Assembly (NCBI GenBank): GCA_001179505.1
Contig: CDMY01000305.1
Location: 248,001 to 312,000 of the forward strand
Reading direction: 5' to 3'
Origin: Vitrella brassicaformis CCMP3155
Lineage: Eukaryota; Protista; Chromerida
Length of the DNA stretch: 64,000 bases
Shown: piece by piece, positions 48,636 to 60,503 of the stretch
How the letters are laid out: each line of letters begins with the position of its first letter
Numbering within the stretch: position 1 is the first letter of the stretch
Notes under the pieces: generated by a model
Databases searched by the model: none
What the model saw: the letters and a program-made list of their open reading frames with translations, nothing else
Told to the model about the DNA's origin: nothing
Position numbers and translations under genes: made by a program

Positions 48636-49933
48636 CGGTGGGGTGGGGTGGATGGATGGAACCTACCGACACATACACCTGACACACACACACACACACA
48701 CACACAAGACACACACACCACACGCCTTACCATAGACCGAAATTCGGCTGGCAGTCCACCTGTCGGGATGGATGGAATGCAGGGCTGGTCTGTGCTAATG
48801 GCGTGTGTGTCCATCCATGTTGGTCCGTAGCGTTTTGTTCCTTTTGGCATTTTGATGATGATGGCTGGTGCTTTCCAAGGCAGGCAGGCAGGCAGGCTGG
48901 CAGACGGGCGGGCAGACGGGCTCAGGGGGAGGGATATATCAAGGCAACGATCGTCAGATGGCATATCTATCCAAGCAAAGCCTGGCTGCTGCCCCTGCCT
49001 GTCTGCACAGACAGAGGAAACAGTTCCATCCTTTCTTTTGTTTATGATCCGTGTCTCGGCCTGTGGTGTGTCTGCCTGCCCGCCTGACCGTCCGTCCCGT
49101 CCGTCTGTCTCTCCGTCTGGCTGGGTGTCGCCGTCTTCTTATCACGTACTTGTCTGTCGCTGCTTACTGCTCCTAGGTGCGTGTAGTGGTGGTGGTGTCC
49201 TGCCGTTGCTCTTGCCCTTGCTGTGCGTGTGCGTGCTGTGTGTGAGAGTGTGTGTGTGTGTGTGTGAGTATGGTGTTTGTCACGCCTCACTGGATGGATG
49301 GATGGTGGATGCGTTCAATGAATGCGTTGACACGGCATATATATTTGTGACCCACTCACTGCCTCACGACTTGCTGACTGACTCGCTGACTCCCTCACTC
49401 ACTCACTGCAGTCGATGCATTGCAATTCGGTTACAGACCTACCGATGCAGCAGCTGCAGACACACACACATGATCCACACACATGATCCAGACAGAGAGA
49501 GGGGGAGACAGAGAGATAAGGAGAGATAAGGAGGAAGGAGACCGGCGAGCCACAGCCAGCCAGCCAATCAGACAAGGCAAGCATGCTCGGCAACCGGTAT
49601 AGACCATTAGGGGCGGGCGGGACAGAGAGGAGAGCGTCATGCTATTTGTCAACAACAAGCAAGGCATGGTTGGACGCCATGAGCTATGATGATGATGGTG
49701 GCTCTGTGCCTGAGTATGCCTGCCTGCCTGGATGCCTGGATGGGTGTGTGTGTGTGGATGTGTGTGGATTGGATTGGATTGGCCAGCCAGCTTTGGATAC
49801 CAACTTGGTGATTGGGTGACATACAGACGTTGACGATTGTATGGGGAGACCCGCTGCTGCAAAACCATGTGTTCATTCATCGACGCGTCCGTCCGTCCAT
49901 TGCCCATGCCGCCAAACACTAATAGTGAATTCA

Positions 49934-49964
<31 letters not shown>

Positions 49965-50152
49965 CACAGTGAGAGCCACGAAAAAGGATGAAATAAGGAT
50001 AATGGAGAGAGAGAGAGCAAGGTAAGGTAGCGTAGCTAGCCCAGCCGAACGACCAAAAAGACGCCGCCGCACCTTTGTGCTCAAACATTTGCCATTCTCC
50101 ATCCATCCATCATTGAGCAGCAGTGAGCCGATCCAATCCTCCATGTGGCTAC

Positions 50153-51158
50153 CTACCCTGCCTTTGCCTTAGCCACGAGAGGCTCCTGCTCGGCCAGCCT
50201 CGCCCCGGCGGCAGGGAGCCGCTCCTGCTGCACCAGCAACACCAGCCACCGGAACAGCTGCGTCAGCATCACCGTACTCAACACAGTACCTGTCGTCACA
50301 CAATCACACACACACACACAGAGGGAGAGAGATGGGAAACTCGTAATTGTATGGTGCCCACCCACCCACCCCGACAGACACATACATACCAGCAATGAGC
50401 AAGATCAGTCCAGCTGCGTAAGGCGTCTTGTGCTCGAGTACAGTCATGATGGGGTAGGGCCAGTGGCCGTTGATGATCCACCGGGACAAGAGCGCGACAG
50501 AGAGATACCCCCCGATGACCACCACAGCCTGTTTGCTGTGCGCAGAGGCCGACGGCATGTGCACGTGCAGGTCGCGCTTGAGCACAACCATGTGCGTCAG
50601 GAGCACCGCCGTCACACCCGCATGGCCCCAGTGGTTGTGGAAAGGACGTTCCACCAGATAATCCTCTACACAGACACACACACACAGACACACAGACAGA
50701 TAGATTGCCCAAACACATAGAGAAGACGGCATATATCGCTCACCAGGCGCCACTCCCTTGCCGGCCGTGGCCAATTGGATGCCGTAGAAGAGGCATGTGA
50801 CGACGGCCTCGATCGTCAGGGTGATGACGAACATGCCGTCACGGGTCTTGCGCAGGGAGGCGGCCCCGAGGGACGCCAGGCACACGCAGTGGTACAAGAG
50901 ATGCGCAGTCATTCCCCAGACTGTCAGAAACGTCCAAGGCCCCAGACCGCCATCGAGGATGCCCTTGACGGGCAGGTGAAACCTGTGGGTCAGACGAGCA
51001 AGCAACCATCCATGAGTGAATTTCGTGTCTTATCTCTTATGTCGTCCGCTTTACGTAAGGATCTTGACGAACCACCAGATGTCGATGGCGAAGACCACCG
51101 AGTCGCACACCACGTTGAGCAACATTCCCAAGGACACGCCTGTCTTCTTGCTTCCCAT
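50153..51158 (-). CDS. FAR-17a/AIG1 (ADTRP-like) transmembrane threonine hydrolase; multi-exon
   Basis: GPWTFLTVW (Thr at 50922-50924), NHWGH (His at 50622-50624) and GHWPYP motif; about six hydrophobic segments. Confidence 0.75.
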
Positions 51159-51387
51159 GGCCGGATTTCTGAGCCTTGATTTGACAAGATTCAATAGATG
51201 CGGACCTTCAGTCTTGCGGCACGTACACTCAATGCTTCCAAACGGCAAAGGAATCAAATCGACTCCTCCGTTCTTTTGCGAGCTTAAACCCGATTGCGAG
51301 CTTGGCTGAAGAGGAGAAAAACCACCACCAGAGATGAGGGATCCAAGACCAACGGTGACAGCTTGACGAGTTTCAGCAGCGTCACTC

Positions 51388-54207
51388 ATGTACACGCACG
51401 GCCTCTCCCCGCACGGCAGTCCGACTGCTGCTCGACTGCCACCGCCGCAGTACGCAGCGTCATTGCCATCCCGTCCCCTCCCCCCTCCCCCAATCTACAC
51501 ATCCTACTCATCACAGGCTCCCCCGCCGCTCCAGGCCCCGCCCGCATCGACATCCCCTGCCCGTGACGCGCCGCCGGTCGTCAAGGGTCTGGAGAACAGA
51601 GCCGGCAGCAACCACTGTTTCCTCAACGTCATTATACAGTCGCTGTGGAACCTCAGGTCTTTCAGAGAGGCCTTCCTCGCCGCCCGCGAGCACGTCCATC
51701 GGCGGACAGGAGGGAATGCACCGCGGACGGAGAAAGATGGAGAGGGGCAGGACAGCCCTGATGGATCACCAGGGCGGTCGGATGGACCGCCGGCAGCTGC
51801 TGCAGCAGCTGCAGCGGCCACTGCTGCTGGAGGCGGTGGTGACGGTGTTGGTGTTGGTGGCGGTGGTGTGGGTGGTGAGACCACCAGGGCTGGTCTCACC
51901 ACCATGGATGGGTTGGTGGAACCTGACGAGTACTGCGTTTACTGTGCTCTCAAGTCGCTGTTCGCCAACTATGCCTTCGGCCAACACAGGGTGCTGCCGC
52001 CAGATGCTGTGCGACTTGGTAGGTGCGGTGGGCAAGGGCTGCAGCCAGCCACACACACACTCACACTCACACACACACGTGCTGGAATGATTCCGTCAAT
52101 GTACCTGTCCTGTGTCCATCCATCCATCCATTAATCGATCAGCGTTGAGTCACTCGTTCGACAAGCGGTTTCGGCTGTGTCAGATGGAGGACGCCGACGA
52201 GACACTCGAGGCCATACTCACACTCTTCCACAAAATGGAGGTACTTACGTGGCGAGGCGAAGCGAAACACACAACGACTCAGTCGTGGATGTACACGTTT
52301 GTTTATTCATGTGTGCTGTGCTGTTTTCGTCCCTTCAGGTGTTGGACCAGGAGGGTGCGTCTGTGGCGGGTGTGAGCTACACCGAGTGTCTGCAGGACAT
52401 GCAGCTCGCCGATGCCGTCTGCAACCCGGCTTGCATCGCACACAATGGTGAGTCAGTGAGGGAGGGAGGGAGGGAGGGAGGCAACCACACCACACCCACA
52501 CAGCATCTATCTGCATTTCTCACCGTGCGTTGCCTGTAGTGTTTGGGTTTGAGCTGCTGGACGTCTCCCGCTGCCCCCATTGCGGCGAGACTTCAGAACC
52601 GGATGTGCTGCAGACTTTCACATACCGCGTCAAAGTGTCGGAGCTTCTCGGCCTCGCGCACACCAACACCGGCACCCAAGACCCATCACAGCCAAGGAAG
52701 ACCTTGGAGCAGTGCCTGGCCTTCCTCTGGCAGAGGGACGACCAGCCCGACAACGACCAAAGCGGCCCATCCGGAGGCTCTGGCCCTGGCCTGCACCCGT
52801 ACTTGTCCACCTTTTTGGGCTTGGGCAGCCGCTTCGGCGACACACGAGCACCTGCAGCACCACCACCAGCCAAACGATGCGAGTGAGCAGCACACGGACG
52901 ACAGGAGAAAAGGCTGCATCACGTGTAATCAATCGGTATGTGTGTGTGTCTCTTGGTCAGTACGTGTCGTCGTGAGCTGCCTCCGATCGGCCGGAAGACG
53001 CGCTTCTGCATGAAGCGGCCGAAGGTGTTCGTGTGCAGCCTCTACTGGCCGGCAGCCAAGGTAACCAAAGTGAGCGACCAAGACAGCATCATGACGGACG
53101 GCCAAAAGACGACCCCTGCTTGATGCATCTGTGTGTGTGTGTGTCTTGCTTGATGATGCGATCGTGCGTCTCTCTCAGACAACTTCCCAGAACATATGGG
53201 ACGTGCTGAGCCTGATCCACCCGTTCCTCGACATCAACAAGGTGTTCGTGTTCTCCAACCCGCCCACCCCTCAAGGCACCCGCCCGGCGACGGTCCAGCG
53301 CTACGCCCCGCCAACCATGATGACGTGTCAGCACCCGCCGCATCAGCAGCATCACTACCACCCGTACATGCCTCCCCGCGGCGGCATGATGGCCCCGCCT
53401 CGCCCCCCACCACATTTCCCGTTCCCCCCGCCAGTTGCTCCTGGGACGGTGCCCAACAGTGACGGGCAGCTCAGAGGCGCCAGAAGACACGTGTTCAGGT
53501 GCGCAGAGGAGAATGGGGAATGGGGCCGTGTGGTTGTGGATGGATGGATGGATGGGTGTGTGTGTGTGTGCGTATCTTTGCTTGCAGGGGTGCGGTGTGC
53601 TACTATGGGCGACACTACGTGGCGTACTTCTTCTCATGGGCCATGCAGAAGTGGGTCCTCTTCGATGACTCGCGCGTCAGGGTCAGTCAGCAGCAGGCTG
53701 GCAGGCTGGCAGGCAGACACGCAGGCAAGAACAGATGGACACAGTGTCGCTCGTGGTGTGTGTACGTGTGTGCAGATAGAGGACGACTGGACCAAAGTGG
53801 CCAACATGATAGCCACGGGGGCGATGATGCCGTGTCTGCTGTTCTTCGAGCAGCTGCACGTGCGACACTGCCACTCGGGGCCCGCCGCTGCCGCACTGAC
53901 CAGGGACGAAGGTACCCACGGATGCGTCGATTGACGGATGAATATGGGGCCTGCTTTGTACTTTCTGTGTGTGTGTGTGTGTGTGTATGAGTAGTGCTGC
54001 AGATGGAGTACACGAGCGAGCAACTCAACCAGTTTGCGGCCCAGGTATGCATATGCCGCGTATGCACTGCCCCCCTCCATGTGTGTACTCATCGTCACTC
54101 GTGTGCGTGTGGTTTGTGTGGTGTCTGTCATTCAGTTTGAGCGTCTCAAGGACCAGCGCAGCATGTGGAGCAAGAGCCAGCTGCAGGACAAATGCGTTTT
54201 CATGTAG
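51388..54207 (+). CDS. Ubiquitin-specific protease, USP53/USP54-like (peptidase C19); multi-exon; start provisional
   Basis: Cys box GLENRAGSNHCFLNVIIQSLW, CVYCALK, QMEDADETLE, CIAH, CPHCG and His box VCYYGRHYVAYF...WVLFDD, then PCLLFFE. Confidence 0.88.
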
Positions 54208-54525
54208 ATAGATACGCTGACTGACAGACAGACAGACGATTCCCGAATGCGATGCAGGCAGTGTTTTTGCGATGTTCTCGCATGTCCGTGCCGATCTGAC
54301 TGACGCACTCGAACTGACTTTTTGTTGGTTGTAAGATGAAGATGCGCGCATGTGTCGATCAGTGTACACGCACACTACCGCAGCGATCCATCCATCCATC
54401 CATCCATCCATGACGAGAAATCACGTGTATGGGTGAGTGGCCCAGACTCATCTGTACAGGCAAACCTCGCATCTGTCCACACCTCACACGCCACGCCACC
54501 CACCCAGTCAGTACCTCCATCTACT

Positions 54526-57391
54526 CTACTCGTCCATCTCCTTCTCTGCAACTGACAGGGGAGGGAAGTAGTCAGTGATCAGTCGCTGCCCCTCCGTGAC
54601 AGGCAGCCCCTCCCGATGCAACTCGACCCTACACGTGCCTGTCTGCACTGCCACGAACCCGTGACGGCTCAGCCGACTCTCTACGGCATGCCTCCCACCC
54701 TGGTGCAGAAAATCGAGCGGACACACGTCGTCGGTGGAGAGGGTGATGCGCTCTAGCTTAGGCAGTGTGGTGATGGCCTTGATGCATGTGGCGAACAAAC
54801 CCTCAAAGGCCGGCCTCTCTCTGTCTATCCATTCCTCCTCTTCTGCGTCTTTCTCTGGCTGAGAGGCATAGCCAGCCGAGAAGTACACAGTGATGCGACG
54901 AATGCGACGCTCAATGCCGTCCTTCCTGCCCCCATCTGCCTCGCCCGCCGAATCGATATCGTCCTCACTGCTCTCGTCTCCCTCTTCCTCCCCATCCCAC
55001 AGCGACCAACTCTCACTACCATCAACGCGTGAGCGAAATGAGCCCTTGACGTGCAGCGCTGGCCCGTCCCCCGTGCATTTGCGCAGACACGAGGGCAGGA
55101 AAAAGTACGGCCCGCGGTAGGAGAGCCGCCGTGCGAATCGCACCATGCGGAGCGATGGGAGGTCATCTATCACCTTGACGACGGCCTCCTCTCCTAGTTG
55201 CTGCCCTTTGCCCAAGTCGACGCACCTCACGGATGGGAAGAGGCGGCCGAGGTGGAAGAGCAGGGGCTGTGGCAGGGGTCTGTCCATGAGAAATGATGAT
55301 GAGAGGTTGAGGGTGCGGGCCGAGCTGAAGACCAGCTTGGGCAGGAGGGAGTAGAAGGCCTGCGGGATGGCCAAGATGACGAAGGACGGCTCCAGTCTGG
55401 TGGGGAAGGTCACGGATGTGGCGAGGGAGGCCGCCAAGACGAGAGTGGACGACCCGAATACGGGGCCCTCCTCGCTGAACAGCCGGCCGATATCGCCGAT
55501 GGGGAACCAAAGGAGTCTGAATTCGAAGTCGAATGTGCTGCTGCTGTAGTCCGCCTCGGCGTCAGGATGCACACAGTACTTGCGAAGCGTATGTAGTGCC
55601 TGTCACCAACCGCAGGCAGAAGACAGACGCACATCGATGAGAGGCGAAACGTATGTTGGTGGCTTACATGTATGGTTGCTGAATTGATCTGTTTGACGTT
55701 GATAGCCGCTTCGATGGTCTCGAGGGACCTCACCGGCACCTCCTCTTCTTGTTCATCATCGCTGTCGATCCACTCGTCCAGGTTGAAATCCTCGTTGGCT
55801 GTGATCTTGAAGCTCGTCACCTGTCGCAGCACACAACACAACGCACTCGCCCATTCTGTTAGGTGTTCGACGGCCGACACGAACAAAGTCACCTTCGTGA
55901 CGTCAGTGCCCTTGACGACATTCATCGCGTCACTCGCGTGCCATGCGAATGGGGGCGACAGGATGACGGTGTGGACGGTGTCGCGCACATCGGGGATGTC
56001 GCAGGGCATGAGGGAGGAGAAATGCATGCGCCGCCTGACCCAGCAGCGCCCGTAAACTGTTTCGTCCTCGTCGAACCCATAGACTTCCTCGAACTCGAAT
56101 TCGCGGTCCGTCTCCTCCTGCGTGCTCAGCTTGCGCACCTCGACCACCTCCAGTGACCTGAGGCACACAAGACACAAAAGAGGTAGGGTGTGTGGTGCAT
56201 GTGTATACTTTGCTTCGGTGGGTGTTTCACTGACTTGGGCCACCAGTCCCGCAGGTCCACCACCCACGCCCACCGCCCGCCCGTCACCACTGACTTCAAC
56301 CGGGGGAACACAACTGCCTCCTCTTCTCTCACCACTTCCACTACGTCTATCCTGTGTGCCTCGGTCGAGCGGCTGTCAGCCGTCAGACTCTCGATCGTCT
56401 CGCCCGCGCCCTCCACCAGCTTCACCATCCCCTCCGTCATATGGCAGCCGATCACTGCACTCTTGGTCTTGGCCAGCGAGGGCCGCCATGCCTCCAGCTG
56501 CCTGTCGGTGGGGTCGATGGCGCGGTCGGCGGTGAATGTGATGTTGGTGTGCATGTTGGGGTCGTGGGAGGGCCGCAGGAAGGATGAGTGGGCGCGGGCG
56601 AGGCCGCCGATGATGGCCTCGGTGCCGATCAGTGGGCCGATGCGATCATACAGGAGCGCCTCGGGCACGGTGAGCAGTGAAGGGGCCAATGACTGAGTCA
56701 AACCAGCATCGCGCGCAACACACAGGCGTGTCGGTCTGTCTGTCTGTGTGTCTGTCTGTATGTCAGTGGCAGCGTGCACGTGGCGTCTTCATCCTCACCT
56801 CGAGTCGGAGGTAGTGTGCCATGTCTATGAGCTTCTGGTGTGCGATGTGCATCAGCATGCCTTGTTGCGCGGACAGCGGATATGCGGACATGGCCTTCTG
56901 CACCAGGATCTGCAGCCTCTCGTAATCCAGACACACCATCTGCAGAGACCAAACACGCTGCTGCATGTGTGCTGCGCTGTCCTGTTGGTCCCACCTTAGC
57001 TATGTTCGGGCACATCTCGTCGCCCCGCGCCACCTTGGCGTCCATCTCTCCCTTGAGCTTCAACACCTCACACACCTGCAGGCAGGTGATAACCACCAAA
57101 CAGCAAGATCCATATCCCCACTCTGTGCTTCTTCACTCCCTTCTTCTCACTCACCATGTCCTGCAGCTGCTTCAGGCGGTGCGCGACACCGAGGTACTGC
57201 AGATGGGCCAGCCGGAGAGCCGACGTCATTTCGTGACCCGCTGCCGCAGCGTCCGCCGTGGTCTGTCCGAATTTGGCCTTCTTGGACGAGGATGACTTCT
57301 CTCCCTCCTCCGGCAGCTCCTCCTCCTCTGCCCGTGGCTGCTGCTGCGGTCCCTCATCACCTTCTGCTCGCTTGCGCTTTCCAGCCTCCAT
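54526..57391 (-). CDS. F-box-like protein of a lineage-expanded family; multi-exon
   Basis: MEAGKRKR basic N-terminus, F-box-like LLTVPEALLYDRIGPLIG, and LRR-like VVFPRLKSV, LFPSVRCVDL and LPKLERITL. Long last exon ends ...EKEMDE*. Confidence 0.6.
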
Positions 57392-57883
57392 CAGTCGTTT
57401 ATGGATTGGAGGCCATGATGTGCCGTCCCTTCATTCTATGGTGGCGTGGCCAGCACAAAGATCTCAAGCTCGCCTCGGCGAGGAAAAGGAAACGGGCACG
57501 GAGCAACCCGGGTGTCCGATTTCGTTTCCCTTGGCCTCTACATTGATGAACAAAACACGTCTTCGCGCGCTTCAAACCGTTGAACCACTGAAGGTGACAA
57601 CAGCATTAATAAATTCACGCCACACGCATTTTGATTCGTCTTGGAGTCATCTCACAGCGCACAGACGGCTAGTGAGAAAACACTGCTAAAAACACGACAA
57701 AGAGCCATATATGGACATGCAGCCGATGCGTGCACAAGAGACGACCATTGATCAGTATGATAAATCAATCCGTCATATAAGTGCATGAGTGGATCAGACA
57801 GAGGGGAGCAACAAGCATGAAGGGATGAGGTCAGACAGAAGGTGCCACGCATACGTCGCATCTAACCAGACACGTCCATCGCC

Positions 57884-59077
57884 TCACGAGACGGCCCTGA
57901 CATGACAATCGGGTGATAAGTGCTTATCATGCTTCTTACCGAGAGCTTTTGCCATCATCCGCTCGACGGCATGGTGGCAGTTGTCCGTCTCGAAATCGAA
58001 CTTCGTCCCGCCCTCTGTTCTCAAGTCCCCCACGCTGACGCCTCTCACAGCCTGATGCACCTCACCACGAAAGTTCCAACGGTTCTTCTTGAGCCCGATC
58101 ACACTTCTGACGATCGTGTCGCCCTCCGTGAAGCCGTAACGCTCCCCCTTGTGGATGAGCCATCCCTTGTCGCCGTATCGTATCTCGACGTCGCTGTCGA
58201 CCAGCGTGACGACAACCCCCCGATGCTCGCACGACTCACCAGGCGAGGAGGGATTGCACGGCGGGTTTGCAGGTCGGCTGACGAGCTGCATTGTCTGAAT
58301 TTCGCTCGATAGGAGAATCATCAGCTCAGCGGAATCCAGCTCATGCGGAGGCCGCCGGCGGATGGAGAAGAGCTCAAAGAGACGGCGCCAGGAGAGTGAC
58401 TGGAGGAATGACGGCTGCTGCTCGGACGGCTGCTGCTCCGCAGAGGCGTCTCCCTTGTGCCGTTTCTGACAAAAGACGGTCAGTGCATGCCATGATGTCT
58501 GTCAGTTTGCGCGCCGGCTTAGCACACCTGCCTCGTTGAGCCTTAGGAGCAGCAACAGCAGCTGTAGCGGAAGCAGCAGCAGCAGCAGCAGGTGGTGATG
58601 GTGATGGTGGTGGTGGTGTGGCGGCGGCGGCTGCCTGAGTGACATCCACTTTTTGAGCCTGAGGGGTGACCAGAAGAAGTTGCAGGGCGGCTGCAGAGGT
58701 GTTCCTCATTGCTTTATACCTGTCCATCAGCGTCTTGGCATTTGCAGGGACGCCTCTTCTCCTCCCCCGGCTTCTTTTTCTCGACCGGTGGCCTCTCGCT
58801 GCGCCAGTAGAAGGACTTGCAGCGGAGGCACCTGTCCAGCTTCATCAGCTCTTGGCTTTTCCCAGGCGCGTACTCGTACCCCCACACCATGCGCACACCG
58901 CCTCGACGAAGGACATTTGCCGGCCTCAGAGCGCACTGGAAGTCGATCGGCGGTCGCCCCCGTTTCGCTGTGGGCTTCTGGAAGGTGTAATCGGGCGGCG
59001 TGGCGTGATACTCCACAACTCGCAGTCGTCTATCAAAGCTGTCTGCACACGCAACAGTAGCCCACACACACATACCC

Positions 59078-59110
<33 letters not shown>

Positions 59111-59433
59111 TGTCTGCTCACGATATGCCTTGTTCTGCATCCAGTTGTGCTCAAAGAAGCGCACCCATACGCCATCGAAGCCAGCCGCTTGAGAAGCAAT
59201 GCGGCGAGGTCGGTGTTGGCAGGGATGACAAGCGGCACTTCCACAGCAGCTGCAACCACGTCGAATGGATGTTCGGCATCCCCCACGTACAACACGCCAG
59301 CAGCAGGGTCATCCTTGATGGCAGATGCCTCTTCGATGTTGAAGATGCCACGTCCCCACTTCTTCCGGATGTACTTTTCCAACTCCCTCTTGACAACTTG
59401 AACCTGATCCTCAATAAGCTCCTCCTAGGCCAT
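57884..59433 (-). CDS. Unknown N-terminal domain + Cys motif + low-complexity linker + C-terminal permuted papain-like (His...Cys) domain; in-frame TAG at codon 3 (possible pseudogene)
   Basis: ATG GCC TAG GAG GAG at 59433-59419 is in frame with ORF 58714-59382. Later exons AQKVDVTQ.. and KRHKGDAS.. lead in frame into EHRGVVV..GWLIHKG..YG..DNCHHAVERMM. Confidence 0.55.
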
Positions 59434-59575
59434 CTTTCCTCCTTCTCAAGCTCGCATAGGATTCGTTTTACCTTTCCTAACTCATTTGTTTTCGGCTCGA
59501 AAGGAATTCCCTGATTGATTTGAGAAGCGGCCATGAAGATCGGCGATCTCTCTTCTCACTGTCAAGAAAGCGGTC
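59434..59575. promoter_or_regulatory. Candidate 142-bp bidirectional promoter region
   Basis: Lies between the divergent ATGs at 59433 (-) and 59576 (+); AT-richer than the flanks. Confidence 0.4.
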
Positions 59576-60465
59576 ATGAAGGCGCTGTTGAAGGCAGTTT
59601 GCTCTTTCAGCCTGCTCAGCGGCTTCGTGGGGCGCTATGGCCTCCCCAGCGCCATCCTCCCCCCCTCCACCCTGCCCTGTCTGGCCTTCTGTGCAATGAT
59701 CTACCTGTACATCTACGCCATCTGCGACACCATCCGCGAGTATGGATGGGGCAAGCGGCAGCGAGCTGACCTCAAGGCGCAGCGCTATGCCGTCGTCGGT
59801 GTGTGGGCGACGCTACTCTATGCCCTTGCCTCCGGCCTCTTCGTCGTTGCCGCCCTCTGCTTCGTCATGTGGGGAGCCATGGGCGTGCCCGGAGCATCGG
59901 CCCTTCCCGACAGTACCAGTGCCACTCCCACCGCCAACACCGTCCTCGTCGTCAACGGACCCAGCGGAAACGGCAAGACCTCCCTTTGTCGACTCCTCAC
60001 GGGAGACAAGGAGCGCTTCAAGCCCCAAAGTGGCGCTAAGTCCGCCACGCGAGGCGTCGTCCACGCCCGTTTCCCGGTTCAGACGCCGAGAGGACTGTGG
60101 GCCATCGTCGCAGACACGGCTGGGTTTTTTGATACAAGCCACGACGCTCTCTTCGTCTCGCGAGAGCACCGTGAGGGCTACAGACAGCTCGCCGAGAGAT
60201 ATGGCCATGGCATCGACGTCATCATCGTGTGTTCCGACTGTGGCCGCTGGGGGGAGATCTTCGAACGAACAATGACGATCATCAAGAACCAGATGGGCGT
60301 CTCGGTGCTGAATCGCATTCTCATCGTGATCACAAAAAAGGAGGGGCGAAAGCTGGAGAAGATCCTCGATGATGACGCCAGAAAAAAGATCGAGCAGACC
60401 TTTGAGACGGTACGTTGCTCACGCACAAAGGAATCTCATCGTGCACCGGTACGTTGCTTGCATGG

Positions 60466-60503
<38 letters not shown>

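Noticed and set aside
48640-50150. ORFs in the 1.5-kb region between the CDK and the ADTRP-like gene
   Set aside because: The region is microsatellite-dominated and lies between convergent genes, with no consistent exon chain. It is most likely 3' UTRs and intergenic DNA.
926-51158. A lipid-metabolism gene cluster (BBE oxidase, b5 reductase, PAI-like, ADTRP-like)
   Set aside because: The genes are tens of kb apart and interspersed with unrelated housekeeping genes, so there is no evidence of clustering.
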